Assembly: GCA_965365445.1 (NCBI GenBank)
Contig: CBDUBS010000002.1
Span: 1 to 61,139 of the forward strand
Reading direction: 5' to 3'
Length of the DNA: 61,139 nt
DNA from: an uncultured bacterium
Lineage (GTDB): Bacteria; Bacteroidota; Rhodothermia; Rhodothermales; DASSAV01
The notes beneath the pieces were generated by a model that made no database searches, had not been told where the DNA came from, and saw nothing but the letters and a program-made list of their open reading frames with translations. Both the position numbers and the translations under genes were made by a program. Shown here piece by piece: positions 25,336-34,979 of this stretch (position 1 is its first letter; each line of letters opens with the position of its first letter).

Positions 25336-28300
25336 TCACTCGACGGATGCTCCCGACTCTACCCGCCGTATGCCGATGGTCAGGCGTTCCGTTCCTATCT
25401 GGAAGGTCTCAACGGCCGAGCCGGCAGGTTGCTCGGCTTCATGCAACTCCAAAGCAAGGGTCTCGTTCCGTATCCAGTCTGCATGGAGCCTCAGAGCTTC
25501 CCGAAGTGTTTCGGTTGCATCGAATTGCAGCCCGATGCGGTCTGTTACCTCAAACAGGGCGCTTTTCCGCAGATTCTGGATACGGTTGACGGTTTCACGG
25601 GCGAGACCCTCAGCCTGTAGATCGGGGGTGATGGTCGTATCCAGAGCGACCGTAACACCGTGTTCCTGACCTACGAGCCACCCAAACAAACCTTCGCTGA
25701 CGATTTCCACATCGGTGGGGCCCAGTTCGATCTCCTGTCCCTCGATCGCCGCCGCCAGCCGCCCCGTCTGCAGGAATTGCTGTATCTGGGAGTCGTCTAT
25801 AGTCCGCAGCCACTCCGAAACAGCCTTCATGTGCTTCCCTAGCCGCTTCCCGAGTTGTCTGTAATCCGGTTTGATTGTCCGCTTGACCACATCGCTCGCA
25901 CCGGATACATACTCCACTCTCTTGATGTTCACCTCATCCTTGATGATCTCCTCTACACGCTCGACATCGCTCCGGGCAACGCCGGCTTCCGTAACAACCA
26001 ACACCCTGGGCAGGGGTTGGCGCACATTTATCGAACTCTGGTTGCGAAGAGACAGCACTACGGAGGTAATGGTGCGGGCCAGTTGCATCCGGCGCTCCAG
26101 GTCGGGATCGATCAGGCTTTCGTCTACCTGTGGAAAATCGGTCAGATGAACCGATGGGGGCGCCGGGCAAACACCCAGCAAAGCCCTGTACAGCCATTCT
26201 CCAAAGAACGGAGCTATAGGACTGAGCATCTGGGCAAGTGGGACCAGACAGTCGTACACGGTCTGATAGGCCGAAAGCTTGTCATCTTCCTCATCCTCGT
26301 TCTTCCAGAACCGACGTCTCGAGCGCCGGATGTACCAGTTGGATAGCTCATCGACGAAGCGCTCCACCAATCGGGCGGCTCGGGTGGGGTTGTAATCCGC
26401 CAGGGCGGCGTCAACACCGGCTATGGTGGAGTGGAGCCGACTGAGGATCCATCGGTCGAGTTCCGTTCGGCGCTCCGCCGCAAGAGGCGCCTCCTGGTAT
26501 TGAAACCCATCGATGTTGGCATACGTCGCGAAAAAAGCATACACGTTCTGAATCGTGCTGAAGAACTTGCGCGCCGTATCGACGAGGCCGCGCTCCGAAA
26601 ACTTGATGTTTTCCCACGGGGGCGTGTTGCTCATCATGTACCAGCGGACGACGTCGGCCCCGTACTGGTCGATGACGGCAAACGGATCGACGGCGTTGCC
26701 CTTGGACTTGGACATTTTGTCGCCCTTCTCGTCCAGCACCAACCCGTTTACCACGACATTTTTGTACGCCACGCTATCCCTTACGAGCACTGCAATGGCA
26801 TGGAGGGTATAGAACCAGCCCCTCGTCTGGTCCACCCCCTCGGCGATGAAATCAGCCGGAAAGTTGACCTCGAATGCATCGCAATTTTCGAACGGATAAT
26901 GCCATTGTGCGAACGGCATCGCTCCTGAATCGAACCATACATCGATCAGATCGGGTATGCGTCGCATGGTGCCGCCATCGGGAGCGGGCCACGTCAGTTC
27001 ATCCACGAACGGCCGGTGAAGGTCGAGATCCTCATCTTTCCGGGGCAATTGATCGCCGCATTTCGCCCGAAGCTCTTTGATCGAACCGATTACTTCGATA
27101 TGGGTCGATCCGGGTTTGTCCGACACCCATATAGGAAGGGGGGTGCCCCAGTAGCGCCTGCGGCTCAATGCCCAATCGATGTTATTCTTCAGCCACTCCC
27201 CGAAGCGCCCCGCCCCGATGGATTCGGGCTGCCACCGAATGGTTTCATTGAGCGCCACGAGCCGATCTTTGACGGCCGTGGTTCGGATGAACCAGCTCTC
27301 CACCGGATAACTGATGAGCGGAGTGCCCTTACGCCAATCGTGCGGGTAATTGTGCAGATAGGTTTCCTGCCGGTACAGAAGGCCGCGCTCTTTCAGATCC
27401 CGCACGATCTTTTTGTCCGCATCCTTGAACCACTCCCCCGCTACCAGGACCGCTTTATCCGTAAACCGTCCTTCCGGGGTTACGGGATTGAATAGCGGCA
27501 GACCTTCCCGCTGCCCCACATCGTAGTCGTCGGCGCCGAACGCGGGAGCCATATGAACGATGCCGGTGCCGTCTTCTGTCGATACGAAGTCGGCCGTAAC
27601 GACGTACCATGCCTTCCCGATCGGCGTTTCATTTTCAAAATAGCTGAATACGGGCTGGTAGCTCGTTCCCCGCAGCTCGCGCCCTTTATAGGTTCCGACG
27701 ATCTCGTAATCACCTGAGAGGACGGACAGGCGATCCCGAGCCAGAATGAGATCTTCCGTTTTCTCCTCGTTTGCGCGGCGGACCCTGACGTATTCAATGT
27801 CGGCGCCTACGGCAAGCGCCGTATTGGATATGAGCGTCCAGGGTGTAGTGGTCCATGCCAGGAAAAACGTATCCTTCTCGCCCCTGACGGGAAACCGGAC
27901 ATACACGCTAGGGTCCTGGACCTCCTTATACCCGAGGCTCACTTCGTGCGCCGAAAGTACCGTTCCTGAACCCGGGCTGTACCACTGGATTTTATACCCC
28001 TGATACAGTAGCCCTTTTTCGTATATCTGTTTGAGCAGCCACCAGAGCGTTTCGATGTACTGGTTCTCGAACGTGACGTACGGGTGATCCAGATCGACCC
28101 AGTAGCCCATGCGAACCGTCAGCCGATCCCACAGTTCTTTATACCGCAATACGCTTTTACGGCAGGCTGCATTGTACGCAGCAATTCCGTACTCCTCCAC
28201 CTGATGACGCCCTTCGAGGCCCAATTCCTTCTCGACCTCGATCTCCACCGGCAGGCCGTGGGTATCCCACCCGCCTTTGCGAAGCACGCGGAACCCCTTC

Positions 28301-28524
28301 ATCGTTTTGTACCGGCAGAAGGCGTCCTTGATGGTTCTGGCCATCACATGATGAATCCCGGGCCGTCCATTGGCCGTCGGCGGACCTTCATAAAAGGAAA
28401 ACGTCGGCGCGTCGCTCCGCTGCGCGATGCTTTTGTTGAAAATGTCTTCCTTCTCCCACCACGCCATGATCTCGGTCTCGACGTCGGGGTGATGAAACCG
28501 TTTTAATTCAGGAAATACGGACAT
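25336..28524 (-). CDS. ileS: Isoleucine--tRNA ligase (long, type 2)
   Basis: 1062 aa. HIGH-region PTANGRPGIHHV, KMSKS in GDKMSKSKGN, and the CP1 editing domain. Confidence 0.98.
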   Translation of the reverse strand: MSVFPELKRFHHPDVETEIMAWWEKEDIFNKSIAQRSDAPTFSFYEGPPTANGRPGIHHVMARTIKDAFCRYKTMKGFRVLRKGGWDTHGLPVEIEVEKELGLEGRHQVEEYGIAAYNAACRKSVLRYKELWDRLTVRMGYWVDLDHPYVTFENQYIETLWWLLKQIYEKGLLYQGYKIQWYSPGSGTVLSAHEVSLGYKEVQDPSVYVRFPVRGEKDTFFLAWTTTPWTLISNTALAVGADIEYVRVRRANEEKTEDLILARDRLSVLSGDYEIVGTYKGRELRGTSYQPVFSYFENETPIGKAWYVVTADFVSTEDGTGIVHMAPAFGADDYDVGQREGLPLFNPVTPEGRFTDKAVLVAGEWFKDADKKIVRDLKERGLLYRQETYLHNYPHDWRKGTPLISYPVESWFIRTTAVKDRLVALNETIRWQPESIGAGRFGEWLKNNIDWALSRRRYWGTPLPIWVSDKPGSTHIEVIGSIKELRAKCGDQLPRKDEDLDLHRPFVDELTWPAPDGGTMRRIPDLIDVWFDSGAMPFAQWHYPFENCDAFEVNFPADFIAEGVDQTRGWFYTLHAIAVLVRDSVAYKNVVVNGLVLDEKGDKMSKSKGNAVDPFAVIDQYGADVVRWYMMSNTPPWENIKFSERGLVDTARKFFSTIQNVYAFFATYANIDGFQYQEAPLAAERRTELDRWILSRLHSTIAGVDAALADYNPTRAARLVERFVDELSNWYIRRSRRRFWKNEDEEDDKLSAYQTVYDCLVPLAQMLSPIAPFFGEWLYRALLGVCPAPPSVHLTDFPQVDESLIDPDLERRMQLARTITSVVLSLRNQSSINVRQPLPRVLVVTEAGVARSDVERVEEIIKDEVNIKRVEYVSGASDVVKRTIKPDYRQLGKRLGKHMKAVSEWLRTIDDSQIQQFLQTGRLAAAIEGQEIELGPTDVEIVSEGLFGWLVGQEHGVTVALDTTITPDLQAEGLARETVNRIQNLRKSALFEVTDRIGLQFDATETLREALRLHADWIRNETLALELHEAEQPAGSAVETFQIGTERLTIGIRRVESGASVE

Positions 28525-28805
28525 AGGTTTATATCAGGGGCTGGTAGACCACTGGTAAGGTTACATGCTGTCGCTAAATCGGCGCTACGGCTGAACGCTC
28601 GGCCCCGAATTCCATTCGGAACAGGCTCATACGGGCAATCCGGTATCCGCTCTCGCCTTTATGCCGGGACACGCTTCACCGAAAAGGTGGAAGAAGCAGG
28701 AAGTGTTTCCCCTGTTTCCTTTTACCATTTTCTCTAACGGATGGTCACGTGCGGGTCCGGGCAAAACAATAAGATACGGATTTAACGTTCCTGAAACGGC
28801 GGCCG

Positions 28806-29510
28806 TCAGTCCAGGCCAAGATGAAACCGGTCGCGCAGTTCCAGAATGTACATGCCCAGGTCGTTCCGTAACTCCTGCAGTTCGTCGAAAAGCTGCCGAT
28901 AGGTTTCAGGATCCATGTACCCTTCATGCCGGATTTCCTGAATGACCAGCAAGCCGCCGTTGGCCGATGCCAGGCCGCGTTTTACACAGGCGATATTGCC
29001 GCCGATCATCTCCTTTTCGTATCCGATCCCATGTCCGCGCGCCACCTCGATAGGGATCTGGCTTACGCAGGAGCAGAACTGAACGAGCGAGCTACTTTTC
29101 TCTTTCCCCGGAAGGGAAGTAGCCCAATCCAGCACTCTTCCGGCAAACGCTGCCGCTCGCTGGTACAGGCCGAGATTCCGACAGGATTCCGCCTGACTGA
29201 GGCCGTCCTGCTCCTCATGGTCGAGCACGCCCGCCTGAGCGAGCCACGCCTGCAGGTCATCCGTGTAGGGGTCCGATTCATCCGGGAAAAGGAACGACAG
29301 CAATTCTTCCTCCGGATAAATTCCTCTTGCACGTAAGTAGCGGGACAGATGCTCCTTCCAGATGCGTCGCTGCTCCGTATCGGCAGGATCAGGCAACGGG
29401 TTGGCTCCCAGAAAACCGCGCAGCATGGACCGATAACGGTCTATCCGTTCATCGTTCTCTTTCAGGAACGCTTCCCAGCGTTCTTCATCCCACACTTCGT
29501 CGCTCAACAT
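28806..29510 (-). CDS. Hypothetical protein
   Basis: 234 aa, acidic, with no signal peptide or TM helix. Cys-containing segment FCSCVSQIPIEVARGHGIGYEKEMIGGNIACVKRG. I recognise no family. Confidence 0.5.
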   Translation of the reverse strand: MLSDEVWDEERWEAFLKENDERIDRYRSMLRGFLGANPLPDPADTEQRRIWKEHLSRYLRARGIYPEEELLSFLFPDESDPYTDDLQAWLAQAGVLDHEEQDGLSQAESCRNLGLYQRAAAFAGRVLDWATSLPGKEKSSSLVQFCSCVSQIPIEVARGHGIGYEKEMIGGNIACVKRGLASANGGLLVIQEIRHEGYMDPETYRQLFDELQELRNDLGMYILELRDRFHLGLD

Positions 29511-29605
29511 GGCCTGCTTCGTTGCAACTGGATAGACACTAACTCGCTACCCCGTCTTTCCCGGCTACGTACGGCGTACCCCCCGAGTTGCCCCCGCTTA
29601 CCACA

Positions 29606-30439
29606 TCACCTACCAAGGCGTTCTATTACCATTTTCATTAGGGTGGTCAGACGAGGTTCGGCTTCCCGTGCGGCGGCAAGCACTTCGGATAACGAGACGG
29701 GCTTGAGCGCGTCCGGGAAACATTCGTCCGTTACAACGGAAATCGCCAAGACCTGCATATCCATATGGCGCGCAGCTATCGTTTCCGGAACGGTGCTCAT
29801 ACCCACCGCGTCGGCTCCGATGAGCCGTAGAAATCGGTACTCGGCTTTCGTCTCCAGGTTCGGGCCTACAACGGCCACATATACGCCCTGCTGCAATCTG
29901 ATCCCCGCTTCGAGGGCGCAGCGCTCTGCCAGGTCCCGAAGCGACCGACTATACGGTTCGCTCATGTCCGGGAAGCGCGGCCCCCACTCGTCTACGTTGG
30001 GACCGGTAAGCGGATTATCTCCTTGCAGATTAATATGATCCGTAAGGAGCATCAAATCTCCCCGGCGGTACAGCGGATTCATTCCGCCGGCCGCATTCGA
30101 TATGAGCAGTGTCCTGACTCCCAGTTGGTGCAATACACGAACCGGAAACACCACCTCCTGAGCCGTATAGCCTTCGTACAGGTGGAAGCGCCCTTGCAAG
30201 GCATAAACGGGCACTCCGGCCAGGCTCCCTACGATCAACCTTCCATGGTGCGATTCTACGGTCGACAGAGGGAAGCCCGGTATGTCGTCGTAGGGTATGG
30301 ACGCCCACTCCTCAATTTGCCCGGCCAGATCGCCCAGGCCGGTGCCGAGGATCAAACCGATGGCAATCTGCCGATCCGATCGGGTGCGAATGGTTTCAGC
30401 GGCCCGCTCAACAGCGGCTTTATACTCTGTTATGTGCAT
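29606..30439 (-). CDS. Purine nucleoside phosphorylase (trimeric PNP/MTAP family)
   Basis: 277 aa from the ATG at aa 40 of ORF 29606..30556. Motifs GRFHLYEGY, LISNAAGGMNP and VGMSTVPE. Confidence 0.9.
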   Translation of the reverse strand: MHITEYKAAVERAAETIRTRSDRQIAIGLILGTGLGDLAGQIEEWASIPYDDIPGFPLSTVESHHGRLIVGSLAGVPVYALQGRFHLYEGYTAQEVVFPVRVLHQLGVRTLLISNAAGGMNPLYRRGDLMLLTDHINLQGDNPLTGPNVDEWGPRFPDMSEPYSRSLRDLAERCALEAGIRLQQGVYVAVVGPNLETKAEYRFLRLIGADAVGMSTVPETIAARHMDMQVLAISVVTDECFPDALKPVSLSEVLAAAREAEPRLTTLMKMVIERLGR

Positions 30440-30555
30440 TGGTTGGCTTGCAAGCTGTGGAGATGTTTGCTTTACGGAACCAAGACACACCGGGGCCGGT
30501 CGGGCTCCCCGATGCGCCTCAAGTTCAACGGCGCTCCGTACAGGGCGGAAGCCCA

Positions 30556-31524
30556 CTAATCCAGGTCTTTCAGAATCCTGCGGATATGCTCGATCTCATC
30601 CGATTCCGCGCCGGGCTCATGCAGATCCAGAGGTTCCTCATCGACATCCGCCGCATCCGCCTCGATGGGCGGAGCGCCGGATTCCACAACGGGTCGCACC
30701 ACCCACCCTGTTCTGGACCGCTCATCGGCCTCCGGCCTGCTGTCGGCCCTAGTAAAACGGGGAACACCCGCGTCGACCGACCGTCCTGCCTGATGCAGCG
30801 GCGAAGCCGCTGCATCAGGCAGTCCGGCGCCGGATGCAGCGCCTGCGCCCTCGTTAGACTGATACGCGGACAGGATCCGCTCGACGTCGGCCGGAGAGGG
30901 CATCTCTCCTCCGAAATGCGGCGTGGCCGTTTCTTTTGAAAACCGCTGCTTCTGGGATGCCTCGGCGGGAGCGTTGCCCTGAAGCATTCTGCCAAGGTAT
31001 TCCCCTTCCAGGCTTTGTCCCGCTACGGGTTGTTCCGTCTCAATCGGTTCGTCTTCCGTATATGCCGCGGCGCGAACGTGTTGATCGTAACGCCCGAGCA
31101 GGTCTAGCTCCGACTGGAGAAACGACTTCAACCGCACCACGACTTCTTCCTGCTTGCGGGTGAGGGTCTCCACCTCCCGGCGAAGCGCGTCGCGCGCTTG
31201 AACGGCTTCGCGTTGCATCGCCTCTGCCCGACGCTCAGCTTCCAGCAGGATACCCCCCGCCTTCACTTCGGCCACATTCAGGCTTTTCTGTGCGTTGTCT
31301 CGCGCAATCCGGAGCGCTTCCTCCAGAGCTTCCTCAACCTTCTGATAATGATTCAGCCGGTTCTCCGCTTCCTGGAGTCGTTGTTCCATCTGACGGATCT
31401 CGGCCAACATTTCCTCCCATTGCGACGATACCATCTGCAGGAAGGCTTGCACTTCATCCGGATCGAACCCTCTGAAATGACGGCCGAACTCCTGCTTGCG
31501 TATATCGAGAGGGGTTAATCGCAT
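30556..31524 (-). CDS. DivIVA domain-containing protein with a long low-complexity C-terminal tail
   Basis: 322 aa. N-terminus MRLTPLDIRKQEFGRHFRGFDPDEVQAFL, then a coiled coil, then an A/G/P/E-rich tail. Confidence 0.85.
   Translation of the reverse strand: MRLTPLDIRKQEFGRHFRGFDPDEVQAFLQMVSSQWEEMLAEIRQMEQRLQEAENRLNHYQKVEEALEEALRIARDNAQKSLNVAEVKAGGILLEAERRAEAMQREAVQARDALRREVETLTRKQEEVVVRLKSFLQSELDLLGRYDQHVRAAAYTEDEPIETEQPVAGQSLEGEYLGRMLQGNAPAEASQKQRFSKETATPHFGGEMPSPADVERILSAYQSNEGAGAASGAGLPDAAASPLHQAGRSVDAGVPRFTRADSRPEADERSRTGWVVRPVVESGAPPIEADAADVDEEPLDLHEPGAESDEIEHIRRILKDLD
30786..30834. repeat. Perfect 37-nt palindrome (17-bp arms, 3-nt loop) followed directly by a 12-bp palindrome, inside the divIVA-like CDS
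   Basis: CTGCCTGATGCAGCGGC-GAA-GCCGCTGCATCAGGCAG at 30786..30822, then TCCGGCGCCGGA at 30823..30834. Coordinates agree with the protein frame (LPDAAASPLHQA = aa 235-246; SGAG = aa 231-234). The shadow ORFs on both strands share CLMQR...RCIRQ. Confidence 0.95.
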
Positions 31525-31636
31525 AACAACCTCGAAGCTGGCTGGTTGGTAAAAATTGCTGAGTCAAGTATACCTTTTGCTGTCACGACACCGTGCAAGG
31601 GTCGCTGTATCCCGCTCGTCTGTATAAGGAGCCGGC

Positions 31637-32353
31637 CTAATCCCGCGGACCAAACAGGGCGCTGCCGATCCGTATGTGCGTGGCCCCTTCTTCAATGGCC
31701 ACCTCGAAATCCGAGGTCATCCCCATCGACAGGCAGGCCAGATCGGCGCGTCCCCGATAGGCGTCTCGCAATCGGCGCAGTAGCACGAACTCGCGCCGCA
31801 CCTGTTCCATGTTTTCCGTAAACGAAGCAATGCCCATCAAGCCCGTGATGCGCACATGATCGAACGTTGCCGCCGAGTCGATAAGCGCGTGCGTTTCGTC
31901 GGGCTCCACGCCCGACTTGGTCGCCTCCCCCGATATATTCACCTGCACGAAACACGGCACGATCCGCCCAGCCTCCCGGGCGCGCTTGTTCAATTCATTC
32001 GCGAGACGCAGGCTATCCAGGCTCTGTACGATATCGGCATACCGGACCGCATCACGCGCCTTATTTCGTTGAAGATGGCCGATCATATGCCAGACGAGGT
32101 CGCCCCCGGAAATCTTTCCGGGCGCGGCCTCAGCCTTTGCTAACAATTCCTGTACCTTATTTTCGCTGACGTGCTCCAAGCCCGCCTCCCTGGCTGCCTG
32201 CACCACTTCCACGGGAAAGGTTTTCGTAACACCAACGAGCACCACCTCCTCCTGACGGCGCCCGGCTCGCCGACAGGCGGCGTTGATCCGCTCCCGGATG
32301 CCGTCTATCCGTTCGGCAAGGTCTTCGGGTGCTACCGAGATCGAGTGGGACAT
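31637..32353 (-). CDS. YggS-family pyridoxal-phosphate homeostasis protein
   Basis: 238 aa. PLP-Lys context VGVTKTFP, ENKVQE, HMIGHLQRNK and SMGMTSDFEVAIEEGATHIRIGSALFG. Confidence 0.92.
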   Translation of the reverse strand: MSHSISVAPEDLAERIDGIRERINAACRRAGRRQEEVVLVGVTKTFPVEVVQAAREAGLEHVSENKVQELLAKAEAAPGKISGGDLVWHMIGHLQRNKARDAVRYADIVQSLDSLRLANELNKRAREAGRIVPCFVQVNISGEATKSGVEPDETHALIDSAATFDHVRITGLMGIASFTENMEQVRREFVLLRRLRDAYRGRADLACLSMGMTSDFEVAIEEGATHIRIGSALFGPRD

Positions 32354-32400
32354 GGGGATAACGCTCGCCGGGATAGTAAAAAGCGGCTGACGGGCGAAGT

Positions 32401-33699
32401 TCAGAGCCGCGTATTGACGACGTTGTTGTATATGGAACCGAACGAGTACGAAAGGCCAACCGAACCCCTTACCTCGTAGGTAGTGGCCAGCTGTCGCTGC
32501 TGCAGCAAAAGCTCCTCCAGTGTGGCGTCTCCCTTGGCCAGATACAGCTGATCGTGTATCACCTCGAAGGCTCCGGAAAAACGAAGCGAAAACCCTTTGA
32601 CCAGCCTGAACGACACGTTGCTATAGAACTCAACCCGGTTCTTCGACAGGTCGTGGAAGTAGTTGGCTCCGCTCAAACCGGCGAAAACGTACCCCCAGGG
32701 TTGCTGGATTCGCATATTGGCATCCAGTGAGTGGTTGAAAAGCGTTTCCTGTGTTTTTTCGTAAATCGTCTCCTTGATGTAATCGCGGTAGGTCAAGCCC
32801 ACGTTATATGCAAATACGAACTCCTTTCGGGATGATTCCGAATAGGGAAACACATTGTACTCAACCGAGGGTCCCACGCGCACGCTCAGGTCGTAATTCC
32901 TGTACGTGTTCGTCTGCACGCTGTTGAAAAAGCCGGCCGACCAGTGATCATCCAGACTGAACACGAGCGACCCATTGAATCCGCCTTCATGCGACGTGCT
33001 GACGATGGGTTCATCATCTTGCTCGAACCGTCGCTCCCTGTAATCGCCGTATACCCTCGTTCTTATCTTCAGCTCCTCCGTAACGCGGTCGGCGGAAAGC
33101 TCCGTACTGAACGAAGCAAAACGCTTGCTCTCTTCCTTATTGAATGATCCGCTGCCGTCGATATCGAAAACCCAGCTGTTCCACGGATCATCCTCAGGCT
33201 CCGTATGGACGCGCGTTTTCCCCTCGAAAGATACTTTCAAGCGGTCGGCGAGCGGGGTTCGGGCGAGATACGGCACGAGCGACATCCGGAGTATTTCGAT
33301 CATTTTGCTTCTGCGCTCGTCCACCGTACTGCCCTGCGGTGAGGTAAAAGTAAGGCTGTTGTTTACCCCCTCGAACTCGTGCTGTCCGGAAATCAACAGG
33401 GAGTAGGCAATGCCCCCGCTTCCGGTACGCTGTATCGTCACGAATATGTGAACCTGCGCCAGTTCGGGTTCTCGCACCCAGTTGACAAACGTAAGCTCTC
33501 GCCGGGTGTACAGGTGGTCACAGGCGTCACAATCCAGAAAGACCCTCGGGGCTACGTCTCTCGAAACACCGTTGATGTAGGTCGAATCGTCGGGAGCACC
33601 CTGCCCGAACGCCTCGGCGGCGGCTCCTATGACCCATATGAGGAAAATCGACGAACGGATGACGTTTGAAAAGCGTAGCGTGCGCAACAAACCGACCAT
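32401..33699 (-). CDS. Hypothetical outer-membrane beta-barrel-like protein
   Basis: 432 aa from the ATG at aa 67 of the ORF. Signal peptide MVGLLRTLRFSNVIRSSIFLIWVIGAAAEAFGQ. The C-terminal half has alternating hydrophobic/aromatic beta-strand patterns. I cannot name a family. Confidence 0.55.
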   Translation of the reverse strand: MVGLLRTLRFSNVIRSSIFLIWVIGAAAEAFGQGAPDDSTYINGVSRDVAPRVFLDCDACDHLYTRRELTFVNWVREPELAQVHIFVTIQRTGSGGIAYSLLISGQHEFEGVNNSLTFTSPQGSTVDERRSKMIEILRMSLVPYLARTPLADRLKVSFEGKTRVHTEPEDDPWNSWVFDIDGSGSFNKEESKRFASFSTELSADRVTEELKIRTRVYGDYRERRFEQDDEPIVSTSHEGGFNGSLVFSLDDHWSAGFFNSVQTNTYRNYDLSVRVGPSVEYNVFPYSESSRKEFVFAYNVGLTYRDYIKETIYEKTQETLFNHSLDANMRIQQPWGYVFAGLSGANYFHDLSKNRVEFYSNVSFRLVKGFSLRFSGAFEVIHDQLYLAKGDATLEELLLQQRQLATTYEVRGSVGLSYSFGSIYNNVVNTRL

Positions 33700-33936
33700 G
33701 ATAACGGCTCGTAAAATAAGGAATCGGACAACCGCCCGGCGGGCAATCCCGAATGTCCGGCGGTAGGAGACCGACTCGCCTGTCTTTACACAGTAAACCG
33801 ATACAATACGCATCCCCGCGTACTTTTGCTTGAATCTTTTAAGTCCTTCCGTGCCTGAACCAGCGGTTTCACAGAGGTTTGAATATAGTCGGATCACGTC
33901 CTACATTCCGGAAGAATAGATAACGGCGAGGCCCAC

Positions 33937-34965
33937 ATGAACCGAAGGCAATTCATCTCTACATCCATCGGCCTGCTTACGCCCCTGGCCGGCATCGTCG
34001 CAGGAAGCGGCCGTTCGGCGTCGACGCCGTATATCATGACGGTTAAGGGCAAGATTCCTGCCGCCGAGATGGGGTTGACGTTGCCGCACGAACACATGCT
34101 CGTGGATTTTATCGGGGCGGATCAGGTCAGCCCCAGCCGTTATGACGCAGAGGAGGTGTACCGGCACGGCCTACCCTTTCTCGAAGAGATCGTGGCGAGG
34201 GGATGCAATACGTTCATCGAATGCACCCCGGCGTACCTCGGGCGGGATGCCGGTTTGCTTCGGCGCTGGGCAGACGCTACCGGTCTGCATATCCTGACCA
34301 ATACGGGTTATTACGGGGCGGTCAATGACAAGTGCTTGCCTCCACACGCCTTTACCGATACGGTGGACGAACTTGCCGCAAGATGGGTCAGGGAATGGAC
34401 CGACGGTATCGGGGGTTCCGGCATACGTCCCGGCCTCATCAAAATTGGAGTGGACAAAGGCGCCTTGTCGGAGATCGACCGGAAGCTGATTCACGCGGCG
34501 GCCCGGACCCACCGCGCGACCGGGTTAACGATTGCTGCGCACACGGGTGAAGCCGTCCCCGCCTACCAGCAACTGGAGGTCCTCGAAGAAGAAGGCGTCG
34601 CACCGGATGCGTGGATCTGGATTCACGCGCAAAACGAGCAGAATCCCGATAGATGGTATGGGGCCGCGGATAGAGGCGCGTGGATTTCACTCGACAACAT
34701 ATCCTCCGGCAACACGGAGCGGTACGTGCGCTCGTTGCTCGGCTTGCGGGAAGCCGGGATGCTTCACCGGGTGCTCGTTTCTCACGACGCCGGTTGGTAC
34801 CGTGTCGGAGAGCCTGGAGGGGGCGCCTTCAGGCCTTTTACCGCCCTTTTCGATACGCTCGTGCCGGCCCTCCTGGAAGAAGGGTTCAGCCGGGATGATC
34901 TCGACGTACTTCTCAAACAGAATCCGGCCGAAGCGTTTGCGGTGCGAGTCCGCGCCGCTGCCTGA
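33937..34965 (+). CDS. Phosphotriesterase-related (PTE/PHP family) amidohydrolase with a twin-arginine signal
   Basis: 342 aa. Tat-like MNRRQFISTSIGLL, and the metal ligand motif LPHEHML (HxH) typical of the PTE family. Confidence 0.78.
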   Translation: MNRRQFISTSIGLLTPLAGIVAGSGRSASTPYIMTVKGKIPAAEMGLTLPHEHMLVDFIGADQVSPSRYDAEEVYRHGLPFLEEIVARGCNTFIECTPAYLGRDAGLLRRWADATGLHILTNTGYYGAVNDKCLPPHAFTDTVDELAARWVREWTDGIGGSGIRPGLIKIGVDKGALSEIDRKLIHAAARTHRATGLTIAAHTGEAVPAYQQLEVLEEEGVAPDAWIWIHAQNEQNPDRWYGAADRGAWISLDNISSGNTERYVRSLLGLREAGMLHRVLVSHDAGWYRVGEPGGGAFRPFTALFDTLVPALLEEGFSRDDLDVLLKQNPAEAFAVRVRAAA

Positions 34966-34979
34966 AATGCTCTCCGGCG

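Noticed and set aside
30440-30556. N-terminal extensions suggested by the maximal ORFs. Examples: PNP 30556, mutase 48806, MeaB 49857, B12 subunit 50430, MoaE 53406, OMP-like 33897, pruA 55120.
   Set aside because: In each case the extension is Arg/Pro/Ser-rich and non-conserved-looking, often starts at TTG or GTG, and overlaps or abuts the upstream gene. An internal ATG gives the canonical family N-terminus.
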